Positions 39,054 to 54,206 of a DNA stretch of 64,000 nt are shown piece by piece (position 1 is the stretch's first letter; each line of letters opens with the position of its first letter). The translations under genes and the position numbers were made by a program. The notes below the pieces were generated by a model. It saw only the letters and a list, made by a program, of their open reading frames with translations, was not told where the DNA came from and searched no databases. This stretch comes from the human T2T-CHM13v2.0 reference genome, Homo sapiens, in assembly GCF_009914755.1 (NCBI RefSeq), contig NC_060927.1; one strand, given 5' to 3'.

Positions 39054-41638
39054 GAAATAGGAGGAGAAATCACAGGAAACTGGCTATCTGGTCTGAAATC
39101 CCCTCCAAACTGTGTGGCCTCTGGTGAGTTCCTGAACTATTCCTCAGTTTTGTTATCTGTGAAATAGGGATGGTGATACTAAAAATACCTCCCTGATAAG
39201 GTTGTTGTGCAGATTAAATGAGTCAATACATGTAAAGCTCTTGGTGCCTGACTCACAGGAGGTGCTATGTAAGTGTTTGCCACTATGATTAGTTGTATTA
39301 ATATCGTGGAAATGGGAGGGGCACCTGAGGAACCACGGCTGCAGGGAAAGCAGTGCCAGCTGATCTGAAGGCCTCCTTGGTTGCTGTTGTCTTGGTGGTG
39401 CCCAGGGTGTGTTCCCCACTGCACCCTACGGCCTCTGAGTGAATCTCAGCATGACCTTGTGCGGGAGGCTGGGTGAGGACTGTAAGAGCTGTCGCAGGCA
39501 GGAACCAAGCTCAGCCAAGCTTATTCACCAAGAGGTGGCAGGAGCTCAGCCCCAGCCTGGCCTCCAGGCCCCCAGCCAGGGCTCCCTGGGGAGAGGAGGG
39601 AGAGGGCTGGTGCACTTCCCAGGAACCTGCCGGCCTTTGGAGGGGGCCAGGCACAACTTGGTCTGGTGAGGGAGGAGATGCTGAGCCAAACCACTGGGGT
39701 GCAGGAAGGAACTATTACTACTTATCTTTCTTTTTATTATCTAAAATTATAAAGAAAGGAAGCTTTACTGGTATTTAGTATATGGATTGACAATGGTACA
39801 TATGTTCAGTTTACAAGTGCGTACACATTTTGGGGGCATATGTTCCCAAATAGTTTTATCAATAGGAGTGAGAGATCACAAAAGTTCTGAGGTCCCTGTG
39901 CAAGGGTAATCGCCCTGGTGCCAGTGGGCTCTCTGGGGGACATTTGCATGCAATTATGCACTGACAATCACTCTGCAATTACTGCAGGACCCAGCAGAGC
40001 TCCAGAAAAGCCTTTACATTCTGGTTTAAGCTCATGTACAAGGCCTCACACCTCGCTTCTCTTTTCAAGCTGTAAGTCCGGGACTGGCCTCCCCATTACC
40101 CTGAGCTTTCACTTTGCCCCTTCCCTGATGATTGCTATCAGGCAACCCATATTGTATATTTTTATATGTCCTTCCTCTTCCAAAAAAGATAATCCACATA
40201 TTTTCAATAGGTCTACCTGGAGAAAATGTTGAGCATTAGAAAGAGCAAAAGCTTCGGAGTCGCCCAGCTGCAGATCCAAATCCCAGCTCCCAGCTCCACT
40301 GTTCCATTCATTCGCTCGCTGGGTATTTGTTGAACATCTGCTACATAGGAGGCACTGTACTTTGTGTTGAGTACATCATTGATTTGGATGAAAATCCTTG
40401 CTGTCACAGAGCTCACATCCTAATGGAACATTTTATTTGCTACTTGACCTCAGGCAAGTCATTGCACCTCTCCAAGCCTCAGTTTATCCATCTTTAAAGT
40501 GGGACTTGTAACCCCCAACCTTGCAATGTGGCTGAGATACAAGCAGGTAAGGGGCCTGAGACATTCGATGAAAGGCATCCCAGGCACCTAGAGCTGGAAG
40601 GAACCTCGTTCCAAGATGATTCTGCAGCTGTTGCCAAATGCAGATGAGACAGGGGCTGCAACATGGTTCATCCAAGGCCACTCAGTGAGGTGGGGCAGAG
40701 CAAGAATGGCGGCCCAGGTGCCCTCTCCTGTCCTGCTTCCCTTGAGTCTGATGCTCTCTGTGTGGTCCAGTCAGGGCTGAGAAGTGAAAGGAAATAGAGG
40801 CTGCCCTTCACCTCCCCTCCAGCTCCTGAAGCTGGAAGCTGCCTCTTCTCCTCTCACATCACCACCAGGCAATCATGGGGAAAGCATAGCCTGACTACCT
40901 TTTGGAAACAGCAGCCTCTAGTGTCTGGGCCAGAACAAGGGCTCAGGAGGAGCCCCAGGCAGCCCAGCTTTTGAGTCGGATGGAAATTACTATTCTCTAA
41001 ATATCAGTTCAGCCACAGTTATTCAGGGAAGAGGCCCAGCACAGATTGGGGAGGGTGAGGAGGATGCGGGGAACAGAATTAGCTTCTCTGTTGTCAGCCC
41101 CTGCAGTTTAGCTCTGACAGCAAACCTGCACATTTTACTCAGCAAAACCAAGGCCCGATCCCTGCCTCGCCCTCTTGTTGGCAGTCCATGCAGTGGACCT
41201 GCTCTCAAAGATCTCACCCTTCCTCAGGCTGCAGGGCCTCACCCAACCACGATTCCTTTTAACCCACAGAAGACTTTATGCCGAGGAGTCCTGGAATATC
41301 TCCTTTTCTCCATCTTGGGACATCTGTGGGGCGGTTTTTCCCCCTCTAGATGGGGGCATCAAAAACTGCCTTGCTTTCCTGACCTTAACCCATCTCAGTG
41401 CCCATGGGGTTGCGCTAAACATCTCCAGAGAAATGTCTTTAAATAAACAGATTTCATACTTGAGAGGAGACCAGAAATGTCTAAAACCATCTCTGTTTAC
41501 TCTCTCACATTTGTGAGGTTTGTTTGTTTGTTTGTTTATTTGTTTGTTTTAAAGCCAATCATGGTCTTTTCTTCGAAAACCATGAAAGAAGAAAGGATGC
41601 TAACAGCTCCATTTCACAGATGGCAAAACTGAGGCTGA

Positions 41639-41940
<302 letters not shown>

Positions 41941-42647
41941 AGGAGCCAGAGAGAGTGGCTGCCGGGCTTGGCTCTGATACTTTCTAGTTGTCCGGCTTTG
42001 AGCGAGTTTCCTGACTTCTTTATGCCTTGGTGGTCTCATATATAAGATAGGAACCTACCTCCCTAGCTCTGGGACTGGCCATGAGGATGAAATGAGCCAA
42101 TGTGAGCAAACTGCTTGGCACAAAGCCTGACACACAGTAAGTGTTGCCTAAATGTCCACTTTTAAAAATTATTTTTATGACTTACATCACATAACCAAGC
42201 TTGTTTTGTTTCTTCCTTTGTTTTACCTCTATTGTCTCACATGGATTTTTATAGACTTTATCTAGAAAGAGTTTGGTGTTTTAAAATCTAAGTTTTCAGC
42301 TTAGTAATTTTTTTTAATTAAGGTATAATTTACATAAAGTAAAATTCACCCTCTTTAGTGCACAGTTCTGTGAGTTCTGACAAATGTATACATTGGTGTA
42401 GTCACCACACCATCTACATATAGAACTGTTTGACTGCTCCTAAAATTCTCCCAAGCCCCTTTGTAGTCAACATCTCCTCTCACCCCCAGCTCCTGGCAAC
42501 TCCTAATCTGTTTACTGGTTCCACAGTCATATCTTTCCCAGAATGGAATCATACAGTATGGAGCCTTTTCAGTCTGGCTTATTTTACTTAGCATAATGCA
42601 TTTGTGATTCATCCATGTTGTTGTAGATGAAAGTAGTTTATTCCTTC

Positions 42648-43073
42648 TGCTGTGGTTTGAATATTTGTCCCTTCCAAAACTCATGTTGAAATTAATCCCC
42701 AATGTGACAGTATTGAGAGATGGGGTCCTTAAGAGGTGATTGGGTCATGAGGGCTCTGTCCTCACAAGTGGATTAATCCATCCATGGATTAATGAGTTAA
42801 TGGCTTAGTGGGTTATCATAGGGGTGTGACTGGGAGCTTTATAGGAAGAGGAAGAGAGACCTGAGCCAGCACATTCGGCCCCTTGCCATGTGATGCCTTG
42901 CACCACCTTGGGACTCTGCAAAGAGTCCCTACCAGCAAGAAGGCCCTCACCAGATGCAGCCCCTCAACCTTGGGCTTCACAGCCTCCAGAACTGGAAGAA
43001 ATAAATTTCTTTTCTTTATAAATTACCTAGTTTCAGGTATTTGGTTATAAGCAACAGAAAACGGACTAATATA
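42648..43073 (+). mobile_element. MST (MaLR) solo LTR, MSTB-like
   Basis: tgctgtggtttgaatatttgtcccttccaaaactcatgttgaaat...ataaattacc.agt.tcaggtatt..gttataagcaacagaaaacggactaa, with a 5-bp TSD ccttc at 42643-42647 and 43074-43078. Confidence 0.88.
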
Positions 43074-43297
43074 CCTTCTAATTGCGAAGTTATATTCCAT
43101 CATATGGATGTACCATAGTTTGTTTGTCCATTCACCAACTGAATGACAGTTTCGGTTATTTCCAGTTTTTAGTGATTAGGAAGCAGAGAGAAAGAAAGAA
43201 CTGGGTCCTCAAGGATATCACTGAACAATTGAATTAAAACCCAGAAAACTCCCCATCTCAGCTGTTATAAACATTCATGTACAGTTTTTTGTGTGGC

Positions 43298-43690
43298 TGT
43301 GGCAGGGCAGGTGAGCCTCAAATTGGGGCTTAGTCCAGGAAACTTCTTGGCTTCATTCAGGAAATAATTCAAGAGCAAGCTGGTGGTAGAAGAAAACAGC
43401 TTTATTGAGGCAGCATTTTTAAAGCTCGTGAGAGTAGCAGCTCAGGGGCAATTCTGCCCACTTTTTATTACATGCAAATTAACAAGCAGATTATTCAGAA
43501 TTTTCTTAGAAAAGGGGTGGTAACTTCTGGGTTGCTGTCATGGAAAGGGGCAGTAACTTCTGGGTATAGCCATGTTAATGGTAAACTGATATGGCACTGG
43601 GTATGTCTTTTGGAGAGGTGATTTTTCACCTTTTCCCTGTTTTAGCCAATCTTCAATCTGGTCTGGAGTAAAGTCCTGCCTCCTGCCTCA
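43298..43690 (-). mobile_element. ERV1-class solo LTR
   Basis: TG...CA termini, minus-strand AATAAA (tttatt at ~43401), and it interrupts the L1 sequence cleanly. Confidence 0.65.
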
Positions 43691-43850
43691 TGACCATAAG
43701 ATTTCATTTCTCTTGTAGAGATAACTCAGAGTGGAATTCATAGATCATATGATAAATGAAGTTTAGCTTTATAAGAAACTGCCAAGCTATCTTCCAAAGT
43801 AGCTGTACCACTTTGCATTCCCAGGAGCAATGTATGAGAGTTCCAGTGGT

Positions 43851-43968
43851 TGGCACCTGGAATCTCAGCACTTTGAGAGGCTGAGGCAGGAGGAACACTT
43901 GAGCCCAGGAGTTTGAGACCAGCCTGGGCAACATAGTGAGACCCCATCTCTATGACAAACAAACAAAA
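43851..43968 (+). mobile_element. Alu left monomer (FLAM/AluJ fragment)
   Basis: Single monomer with a long TSD tgtatgagagttc(c/t)agt on both sides. Confidence 0.8.
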
Positions 43969-44051
43969 TTGTATGAGAGTTCTAGTTGTTCCACATCCTT
44001 ACCAATACTTGGTATTTTTAGGGCTTTTTCTTTTTTAAAAAAGCTACTTGA

Positions 44052-44357
<306 letters not shown>

Positions 44358-45249
44358 CTACTTGAATAGGTGTGTAGGTGTAGTAGCATCTCATTGTAGT
44401 TTAAATTTGCATTTCTCCAAGCTTGTTTTTTGTTTATTTCCTTCACATCTCAGTAGTGTTTTCTCTATTCCTCCTTTTTCCTTACTGGCAGGGTGTGGCT
44501 TATTCAGGTGCTTATCCCATATCTGAGTGATGCAGGAATAGGTGATCTTTTCTCAGTCTCCAAGGATCAAATTAGATTGATCCATATCAGTTATGGGAAC
44601 CCCATAATGGTTCATGATTGGTTGGAGTGGGCTTAGGGCTCAAGTCTGTCCAACAAGACTTGAGGGGATGTCAATTTGGGGACTTCAGGGAAAGGTTTCC
44701 TTATCCCGCATGACCACGTGCTAAGATGTGATGCCTGGAACTGTGGCATTCACCTTGTCAAAATGAGTAAGAGACTGTGAGAGTGAAGTAGACATTTCTA
44801 GAGATTGCAAGGTAGAGAGAAGGAAAGAATTGGGTTCTCAAGGGTATCACAGAACAACTGAATCAAAACTACCCATCTCAGACTTTCTTTACTGTTTAAC
44901 ATTATTGTTTAAACCAGTTTCAGTCAGTTTTTTTTTGTTATTTGTAGTCTAAAACATCTTGACCATGTAACTCAGGGGGAAAAGTGGCATACTTGTTCTA
45001 TGGAGCCCAAGAAGACAAAATTAAAACCCACAATGGTGGCAGTATATTGTGATTAACAGAACAAGTATTCAGTTCCTTGTACAACTGACTTCACCTCTCA
45101 AAGTCCCAGCTGGCTTATCTGTAAAACGAGTAAAATAATAATACCTACCTTAGATGACTGTTGGGAGGATTCGAGACTCTACACAGTTTGGCTGGCACTT
45201 CATAAGCTCTCAAAATGTTATCTATAATCATTATTATAAAGTATTATTT

Positions 45250-45510
45250 GGAGGCCGAGGCAGGTGGATCACTTGAGGTCAGGAGTCCGAGACCACCCTG
45301 GCCAACATGGTGAAACCCCATCTCTACTAAAAATACAAAAATTAGCTGGGAGTGGTGGCACGCACCTGTTCTCAGCTACTCAGGAGGCTGAGGCAGGAGA
45401 ATCACTTGAATCTGGGAGACAGAGGTTGCAGTGAGCTGAGATTGCGCCTGGGTGACAGAGTGAGATTCTGTCTCAAAATAATAAATACATAAATTAAATA
45501 AAATAAAAAA
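45250..45510 (+). mobile_element. AluS, 5'-truncated with internal deletion
   Basis: Alu body with TSD aaagtattattt. Confidence 0.88.
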
Positions 45511-45718
45511 GTATTATTTATGCGACTTTGATAATGTCCCCATCAGTCCCTAGTGTAGTTTTAGGATTTGTGGTTCATATCGGCTTTGAAAGCTCTTCAT
45601 TTTAGATACAGCCAAAGGGATATGCTTCTGGCTGTGATAAAGTATTTGGTACCCACCAGCCTGCTACCAACTACTTTATCATAGCCAGATGTAGTGTACA
45701 TATATACACACCATTGTA

Positions 45719-45721
<3 letters not shown>

Positions 45722-45767
<46 letters not shown>
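45722..45767. repeat. (GT)23 microsatellite; other CA/GT tracts at ~30758-30790, 32095-32136, 33473-33510, 36418-36450 and 54940-54969
   Basis: Seen directly in the sequence. Confidence 0.95.
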
Positions 45768-45769
<2 letters not shown>

Positions 45770-46771
45770 CAGGGGCCTGCAAAGGCATTCAGGACTTGAG
45801 GGATCAAGATTCCAGATACAGAGAAGTTCATTGAGATGAATTTCTCTTGGGGCATTTGCCAATTCTTGGCACAGGGTGAAAGACTGAGAAGCCAAACAAG
45901 CTCTAGGTAGTTTCATGGGGCTGAAGAGATCAAATATGAAGTTTGGGATGACCAAGCCATCAGGACAAGGATCCTGGAGAGAAGGGAGACACAGAGAAGT
46001 AAGCCTGACCCTCAGTACCAGTTTTTCCTTCTAGGCATTTACCATTTCTTAAGCTCTGTACAAGAGAAGACTGAGAAGTTAAGGGGAAAGCAATGGAAAA
46101 GCAGAGTGGGGTATTTTCAGTCTCACAGCACTTACGAGAAAAAATTGGAGTTCAGAGCCCAGCAGGAAGGACAGGCCCTAGTAAATAGCCCAGGCTTTCA
46201 GTTGAGACCACTGGATGGTTATAACCGGATGGGTGAACCAGAGGTAGAACAAGACTTACAAAAGTTGCAACCCAGACTTGAATCAGCTCAGTCTGTGATA
46301 GATTTAGGTGATATGTTCTCACTTTATCTACTGTCACAGGAAACAGCAATCTTCTCTAGGGGAAGGTCACATCATGAAGATCCTCTTCAATTTTTCGTGC
46401 ACAATATCTGGCATGAAATTTTTTAAAAATCTTTTTTTCCAGACACACCAATAAACAGAAACAAAATGAAAAAAAATAGGCAGTAGAAATAGGCTCAAAG
46501 GTGATCCAGATATTAGTATTATCAGGCATGGACTTTAAATAACTGTGAATGGTATGTTCAAGAAAATGAGACAAAATAGGGAATTTCTTCAGAGAACTAG
46601 GATCTTTAAGAAATAATCAGTTGGATATTAAAGAACTGAAAGATACAATAATTGAAACCAATAACTCACTAGATGGGTTTAGAGACAATTGGACACACCT
46701 AAAGAGGACTAGTGGATTGAAAGATGAGTCAGTATGCAGAAAAATATCTCCAGAATGAAAAGCAAAAATAA

Positions 46772-46941
46772 AGCTGGGCACAGTGGCTCACACCTGGTAA
46801 TCTTACCACTTTGGGAGCCTGAGGCAAGAGGATGGCTTGAGCCCAGGAATTCAAGGCTGCAGTGAGCTATGATCACGCTGCTGCACTCCAGCCTGGGTGA
46901 CAGAGCAAGATCCTGTCTCTTAAAAAAAAAAAAAAAAAAAG
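46772..46941 (+). mobile_element. Alu monomer (FRAM-like)
   Basis: Single monomer plus A tail, with TSD aaaagcaaaaataa. Confidence 0.8.
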
Positions 46942-47805
46942 CAAAAATAACAGAAAATAAAGGAAAGAGATACATGATACACAGTGAAAAGGTCTAACGT
47001 ACACATAACTGGAGGCCCAATGGGGAGAACAAATAAAATGCACTATCAATATTTCTGATAAATAATCAATAATTTTCCAAAGTTGATAAAAACACATCAA
47101 ATCACAGTTCCAATAAGCACTACAAGCCCTAAGCAGGATAAATACAAGACAAACCACACCTAAGCATATACGAGTAAAGGTGCTAAAATTCAAAGGCAAA
47201 AAAATAGAGCAATCAGAGGAAAAAAGACACATCATCTTTGAAGGATCAATAATAACACAAACAACTAACTTCTTAATAGAAACACTAGAAGTAGAAGACA
47301 GTAGAACAACCTCAAATACTGAAAGGAAACAACTACCAACCTCAAATTCTGTACTCAGAGAAAATATTCTTTATAAATGAAGACAAAATAAAGACACAGA
47401 CAATTAAAAGAATTTTTACCAACTGACTCACACTGAAAGAAATACTATAGGGAGTTCTCCAAGTGGAAGGTAAAATAGTCCCAGATAGAAATATGAACAT
47501 GCAGAAAGGAATGAAGGGTAAATTTGGAATAAATTGAAATAAACTTGACTGTACAAAAACAGCTATAATAATGTCTTCTGTGGTTTAAAATATATGTAGA
47601 ATTAAAATGCATGAGAACAATGGGAGAAGTGTAAATGGAGTTAAAATAGTCTGAGATCTTAGCATTGTCTCTAATGTGACAAAAGTACAAATTTGCATTG
47701 GACTTTAACGAGTCAAAGATGCATGTTATAATATTGAGGTTTAACCACTAAGTAAATTGTCAAATAATGTATAACTAACAAACAAACATGGGGGGAAATG
47801 AAATA

Positions 47806-48144
47806 CAGCCACCCAGGAATCTGGCGGTGGGGGGATTAGTGCCAAGATCTCCCCAAAGATAACCAAAATCTGCAGATGCTCAAGTCTCTGATATGAAATA
47901 GCCACAGTATTTGCATATAACCTGTGCGCATCCTCCCATATATATTAAATCACTTTCAGATTACATATAATACCTAACAGAATGTGACTGCAATGCAAAT
48001 AGTTATTATACTGTATTGTTCAGGGAATAATGACAAGAAAAAAAGTCTGTGCATGTTCAGTATAGAGGCAATTTTTAAAAATACTTTTGATCCACAGTTG
48101 GTTGAATCCACGATGCAGAACCCACGGATATGAAAAGTCAACTG
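47806..48144. mobile_element. MER2 (Tigger/TcMar) MITE
   Basis: ta|cag...ctg|ta ends (TA TSD); accaaaatctgcagatgctcaagtc; ggttgaatccacgatgcagaacccacggata. Confidence 0.85.
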
Positions 48145-49014
48145 TAATAAAAATTGCTTCTTGATTAATCCAAGATAAGGAAAGAAAAAAGAGGAAACAA
48201 AACAGGTGGGACAGATAGAAAACAAATAGTAAGATGGTGAATATACAATAGAATCAATTTGATAAACATTTTTAGAGCACTTATTAAGCACAGGGGACTG
48301 TGTTCCATGCGAGATACACCGATAATTAAGGCACAGTCCCTTCCACTGTATGATTTAGTAAAGACTTAAAGGAGAGAGAAAAATCTGGTAGCATCCTGTT
48401 GAAATTCAAGTAAGGCTTCATGCTGAAGGTGGTATTTAAGCTGAGCCTTTAGTGATGGGCAAGATTTTCACAGGAGGTAGAGTCGGCCTGCTAGGAGGAC
48501 ATGTGAAACACGGGCCAGAGGGCAGGGGCAGGAAGGGGCCCTGGGGAACCAGAGGGAGATCAGTTTGGATAGAGCAGGATATTTGCACACACAGAACATG
48601 GGAGAAAGAGTAATGAAGACCTATTGAGCCTGATAAGGAGTATACCTTATCTGCCAGCCAAAGGAGTAGGGACCACATCTCCAAATCATGAAAATAGAAG
48701 GAGCAGTGGAGTTCATCTACTCAACCCTCCCATTTTACAGATGAGTAAACTGAAATTTGTAAGCAAAAAGAAAATTGTTTAATATTAGCATAATATAGAC
48801 TGATCTGGGCTTTAGAGACCTCACCCTATGGCCTTTGGGAAGATGGATGGGAGGGAGCAAGGCTAGTGGCAGGAAGACCAGTGCGGGGGCTGGTGTGATG
48901 ATCCCTGTGATGACAAGGAGGCCTGTACTGGAGCAGTGACCATGGAGACAGCTGAAGAGGAGGCACATGTGGGTGACATTGTATGATGTGGCCATGTTCA
49001 AGTGAAAACACTGG

Positions 49015-49738
49015 CTGAAAACCTGTGGTAGCTATCAATTAAAGAAGGAAAAACTTCAAAAATTTGGAAAGGAGAGCTTTATTTCTCATAAAGGGTTGCA
49101 GCCTGCAGGTGGCCATTCTGACAGGCTGGGAAGCATAGCTTCTGGCCAGAAGCCGGAAACAGGCACTTTGAGATCAGAAGAATAAGACAGGGATTTATGC
49201 TGAATAGGGTGGCTGAATATGCATACTCAATAAGCCATGGGAGGAGCCATGAATAATTACAAAGAAGAAACACACATGCACAGTTGAGCCCCTTCATGGG
49301 TCATAGGTACAAAAAAAGGGTGGTATTAGCACGATCCCAGAGTGCGGTTTTCGGCCTTCTGATGTCAAAAGGTGAAGCAGAGGACACAAAAACCCTCCCT
49401 GAGCAGCATCCATATTCTGGCCAGAACCACTCTGTGGTCGGTGGTCTCTTATCAGGAAAGGATGCTGGCCGGTTATGTGTTGAAACTGCAAAAGTGGAGG
49501 GCAGCTTTAGGCAGCTGGCTGCAATCAGTGGTGCGGCGAGTCTTTTGAAAGGACTGGTTTCTGTGCAGCCCTTAGGGAAGAAAGCCTCACAGCGGTTAGC
49601 CAGGGAGGGAGTAGAATGAGGTGGGTCTGACCTCCCATCACATTGCAGTCAGGAACTCATTTTTTTTGGAGTCCCCTTAACCAAGAGGGGGTCCATTCAG
49701 TTGGTTGGGAGCTTAGGATTTTATTTTCACTTTCCACA
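49015..49738 (-). mobile_element. ERV1 (MER4-group-like) solo LTR
   Basis: tttatt near the left end, and ends ccaagagggggtccattcagttggttggga.cttaggattttatttt...ttccaca. Confidence 0.7.
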
Positions 49739-50374
49739 GCCATAGACCCTTCCACCCAGCATGGTCACGAAGAGGCTGAGGCCCAGGAAGTGTGACTCAA
49801 AACTCAGGAGATGGCATCACGAACCTTTAGGGGAAAGGAGCTAGCATTTATCAAAGCCCTGTTTGTTGCCAGGCTCAGCACCATGGCTAAGTGTTATCTC
49901 ATTTAATGCTCACAATGACCCTCAGAGGAAGGACTTATGATTTTTTCCTTTAGAGGTGGGGAAATTGAGTCTCAGGTGGGATGACCTTCACAAGGTCACA
50001 CAGTGTGTATGGCAAAGGTGGAATGCCTCGCATTCTTTCCACAGCATCAGTCAGGACTTGAGGGTCAAAAGTGACTTAACCTCAGGTGTGTGAGTCATAG
50101 TAATGTTATCTGCTGGGTCAAACAGATTCCCACATGTATAATAGCTCAAATACAATAGATGTTTATTTCTCACTCATATAAAGTCCAAAGTCAACCCCCC
50201 ATGCAGGGATTCAGGGCTCCAGCTCCCCCAATCTTGTGACCCACTGTTTCAACGCAATCACACACATGAAGCTGATGAAAGGGGAAACAGGAGACAGGAT
50301 GGGATTTGGGAGGGTTTCCGGGTCCAAGCCTCGAAGTGCCTTACATCACGTGAAAGACATATATTTAAAATGCA

Positions 50375-50730
50375 TTGTCTTAGATTAGGTTCCCTGGAGG
50401 CAAAGCCTTAGACAGAGACTCGTACTCAAGTGTTTATTGAGGGAGAGCTCTTGGGAGAAACCGGTAAGGGAGGAGAAAAGGAAAAGTCCAGCCTCACCCG
50501 ACCCCATGGGAGCTCTGGAACAAGAACCATACCAGAGAGGTTTTTCCACCATCCCACAGGAAAAGCACAACTTCCCAGACATCCTCCTGGGAGGCTCCCG
50601 TCAGCTAAGGGCCACTTGCAGGATAAAGGTGCTGCTGTGAGATGTTCACAGCCAACACTCCCAACAGTGGGGAGATGGGTACAGGATCTGGCATAGGATC
50701 TGGGTGGGACACCAACGGTATCCACTACAA
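50375..50730. mobile_element. Ancient ERVL-type LTR; a related element lies at ~61190-61610
   Basis: tgtcttag.ttaggttccctggaggcaaagcct.agaca.aga.....caagtgtttattgaggg. Confidence 0.55.
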
Positions 50731-53700
50731 CAGGAGAGAAAGGGCAGGTTCCATAGAGGAGAGGGCATGACTGGGTTTGTGAGAGGTAGGGGGAAGGGCT
50801 TCCAAGATGGGGACATTAAAAGTTGATTTGGCACCTACTATGTGCCAAGCACTTTCCTCAGACCTGAGGTGGTTTTCTCCCCGGGGCAGCCTGGTCACAC
50901 TGTATGCTAATGAGCAGACTGTCAGTCATCTGATCATTAACAAATGATCCTGGGTCCACTTCAGTCTTCAACAGTGCCCTATTATCCAGCTCCATGCTGT
51001 GTGCCAGGCTGCAGGTGCCAGGAGGTCTTAGAGGAAGTCCCTGCTTCCAAGGTGCAGGGGGCCAGCAATGGGCAGGAAGAGGCAGGTAGATGGGCCAACT
51101 TGAGACAGGACTAGCAGGAAAAGTCTCCAAGGATATTCCCAACACCTGTCACTGGGCTGGTGCAGAAGGGCTGCTAAGTGTTTGCCGGATGAAGGAGAAG
51201 AATGTCCTCCCTAAAGCTCTTCAGGTCCCCAAAGGCCTAGCCTGGTTCCCAGCATACAGTAAGATGCTCATGAAAAATGTGTGGAATAGATGTCCCTGGG
51301 GTTTGACTGGGGCTCAGAAATGACTGTACTTCCTAGTCACTCTAGAAGGTGGCGCTGGGGACTGTGTCTCTATGGACTCCCGAGCTGCCATCCTGTACGT
51401 GGGTCCCCATCCCCCTGGACAGGCCAGACCCACGCTGTTTTTTCCCCTCTCCCCCACTCCTCCTGGTGTCTTTGCAGGAACAGGATATTAAGCACCTTGA
51501 GTGCTGGAATGAGAAACATGTACTTTAGTTCTTCATCCACAATGACCAGCTTCTATGTGACATGATAGGGCATAAGGGTGAACAAGATGCACAAAATCTT
51601 ACCCCCATGGGGCTTACATTCTAGTGGGAAGCAGGGAAGAAAATAGGGGAAAAGTTTAAAACTATCTGGGATAGCTGATCCCAGACCACATGAACAAATG
51701 GGTGGTAAGGAGAAAACAACAAGGGGATGTGACAGAGACGAAGTAGAATTGACTTCAGGAAGGATCATCAGAGAAGGCTTCACTGAGGAGGTGGCATTTC
51801 AGCAGATTTAACTGGAGTGGGGATGCGATCATGGGAGGGGTAAGAAGAGAGTGTCTGGGCCCAGTGAATGTTCAAGTACAGGGGCCCTAAGAGGGGAGCC
51901 ACCTTAGCTCATTACTAAGTGAGGACCCCGTGGCTGGAAGACTCAGCAGGAATTAGACAGTGGTCAGAAGAGAAGTTGGGAAAAATGGCAGGGCCCGATC
52001 CCAAGGGCCTTCTAGGTCCCAGTTAGAAGTTTGAATTTCATTCCAAGGGCAACAGAAAGCCATGGAAGGATTTTAAGCAGGATTTTAATCTGCCATAGTC
52101 AGATTTACATTTCTAGAAGTTGCCTTGGATTCTGGGTGGGGAATGGCCTGTAAGTGGGGGATGAAAGTGGGGTGGAAGTCAGAGGTTGGGTGAGGTCTAG
52201 AGTTGAGCTGTGGGTGGCATGGAGTGAGGCAGTGGTTTGGGAATGCAGAGCAGGTGGGGGAGATTACACTCAGAGGTCCTCATTCTTCACCCCCTGCAGC
52301 CTCCTCCTTGCCATTTAACTCTGCAGCATCCCCACTCCATGCTGGGCTTGGCCTCATGAGTTGCTTGATCCATAAAATGCCGGCAGGTGTGACATCAGCA
52401 CAGACTGAGATGGGCCTGTGCCCTTGGGGGCAGGCTGACTCTTGTGCCTCCGCCATCACTGGCCACGGGGCTAGTCTGGTGAAGAAGAGACATGTAGAGT
52501 TGCCCCAGGCCAAGGCCAACCTAGATCAGCCCACGGCCAGCCAAACCCCAGACACATGTGTGAGCCCCACAGAGATGAGCAGAGCTGCCTAGCTGACCCC
52601 AGACACATGAACAAATGCATATTGTTGCATACACTAAGAGTTGTCGTTGCTTGTTACACAGCAGCCTTGTCAAGCCAGACAACTGATGGAGAAGGAAACA
52701 GCCACACATGGATGGTCTGCACGTGAGAGGGAGAGCACAGGAGTCAAGGAGGACTCCCAGGTTTCTGGGTGATCGGCGCACCCTACATCAGATGAGGAAG
52801 GGTCAGGAGGATAGCAAGGGAACAGGTTTGGTGGAGAAAATCAAGAGTCCTCTTTTATCTGAAGGATAACAGGGAGCCATTGAGGGCTCTTGAAGCAGGA
52901 AATTGACCTGGTCAACATCACGGTGATGAAAGGGGGTCTTGAACTGAATGCTCTCATCACCAAATGTGTTTCCTGCCTGGGGCTTTACCAGAAGGTTGAA
53001 CTTACACAAATGTCTTTTGTCCATTCTATTCCCAGAGAAAAACAGACTTCGTTTTCCCCTTTTCCAGTTGCTAGGACACTAATCTGCCTGAGAAAGGCGT
53101 GGGAACATCTGGTTGGCGGGAACCTGCTTCTGGGAATTTCTTGTGTATCTGCAATTCTATTGATTCTCCTGTCACTCCTGATGGCCAAGGCTTTCTAGCC
53201 GGGGAGGAGGTAGATCCTGGCTGGTCACATGGGCAGCTGTGCCGGAGAGTAGGCAGGGAGGGGAAGGACACACCGTTAGTGAGCACCAACTAAATGCCAG
53301 GCCTGTGCTCAAGACAGGTGCATGGGCTCCTTCATTAACCCCAGAGGGGCCCGTGCTCAGAGAGTAAAGGAATTGCCTGAGCCTTATCCTGTTTCTTTCT
53401 TCCAAATACAGATACTAGATTTGGTCTGGTATTATCTGTCTCCCTCCTTCGAACAGAAGCTCCATGCCATTGATTATCTTGTTTTGTTCACTCCTGTACC
53501 TCTGTTGCATAGAAAAAAGTCTGACACGTAGAAGTAGTACATAACATTTATGGAGTATTTGCTAAGTGCGTGGCACTTTGTGAGTTCTTTAGATATTACT
53601 AAGGCCTTTAAACTTCAAAATGACCCTAAGAAGTGGGTATTGATTTTGTTCCCATTTTATAGATGAGAAAACTGAGGCACAAGGGGATGAAATAACTTGC

Positions 53701-53899
53701 CCCAGGAAGAAACAGAACTGGGAATCCCAGGCAGCTTGACCCCAGAACCTGCGCTCAGAGAGATAACCCCGCAAAGAGCATGTGTTGAATGAACTAATGA
53801 CCTTGCCCTGGACCCCACAGGGAAATGGGGTTTCAGCCCCTGACAGTGCTGACTCCAAAGCTGAGGTTCTTTGAATTCCAATTTGAAATCAAATCAGCA

Positions 53900-54206
<307 letters not shown>

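Larger units (their letters stand above)
45800..48260 (+). mobile_element. Ancient L1M 5'/ORF1-region remnant
   Basis: A-rich L1 ORF1-like text (gatccagatattag.attatcag.catggactttaaa; ccaagcaggataaatacaa..aaaccacacctaagcatat). It is interrupted by an Alu monomer and MER2. Confidence 0.7.

Noticed and set aside
42768-42802. Palindromic ggattaatcc / tggattaatg repeats
   Set aside because: This is a normal internal feature of MST-family LTRs.
49875-49895. REST/RE1-like TCAGCACCATGG
   Set aside because: Only the left half-site matches, the right half (ACAGCGCC) is absent, and it lies in a MIR-like remnant.
51342-51357. CTCF-like CTAGAAGGTGGCGCT
   Set aside because: It mismatches the 5' core (CCASYAG) and cannot be supported without ChIP data.
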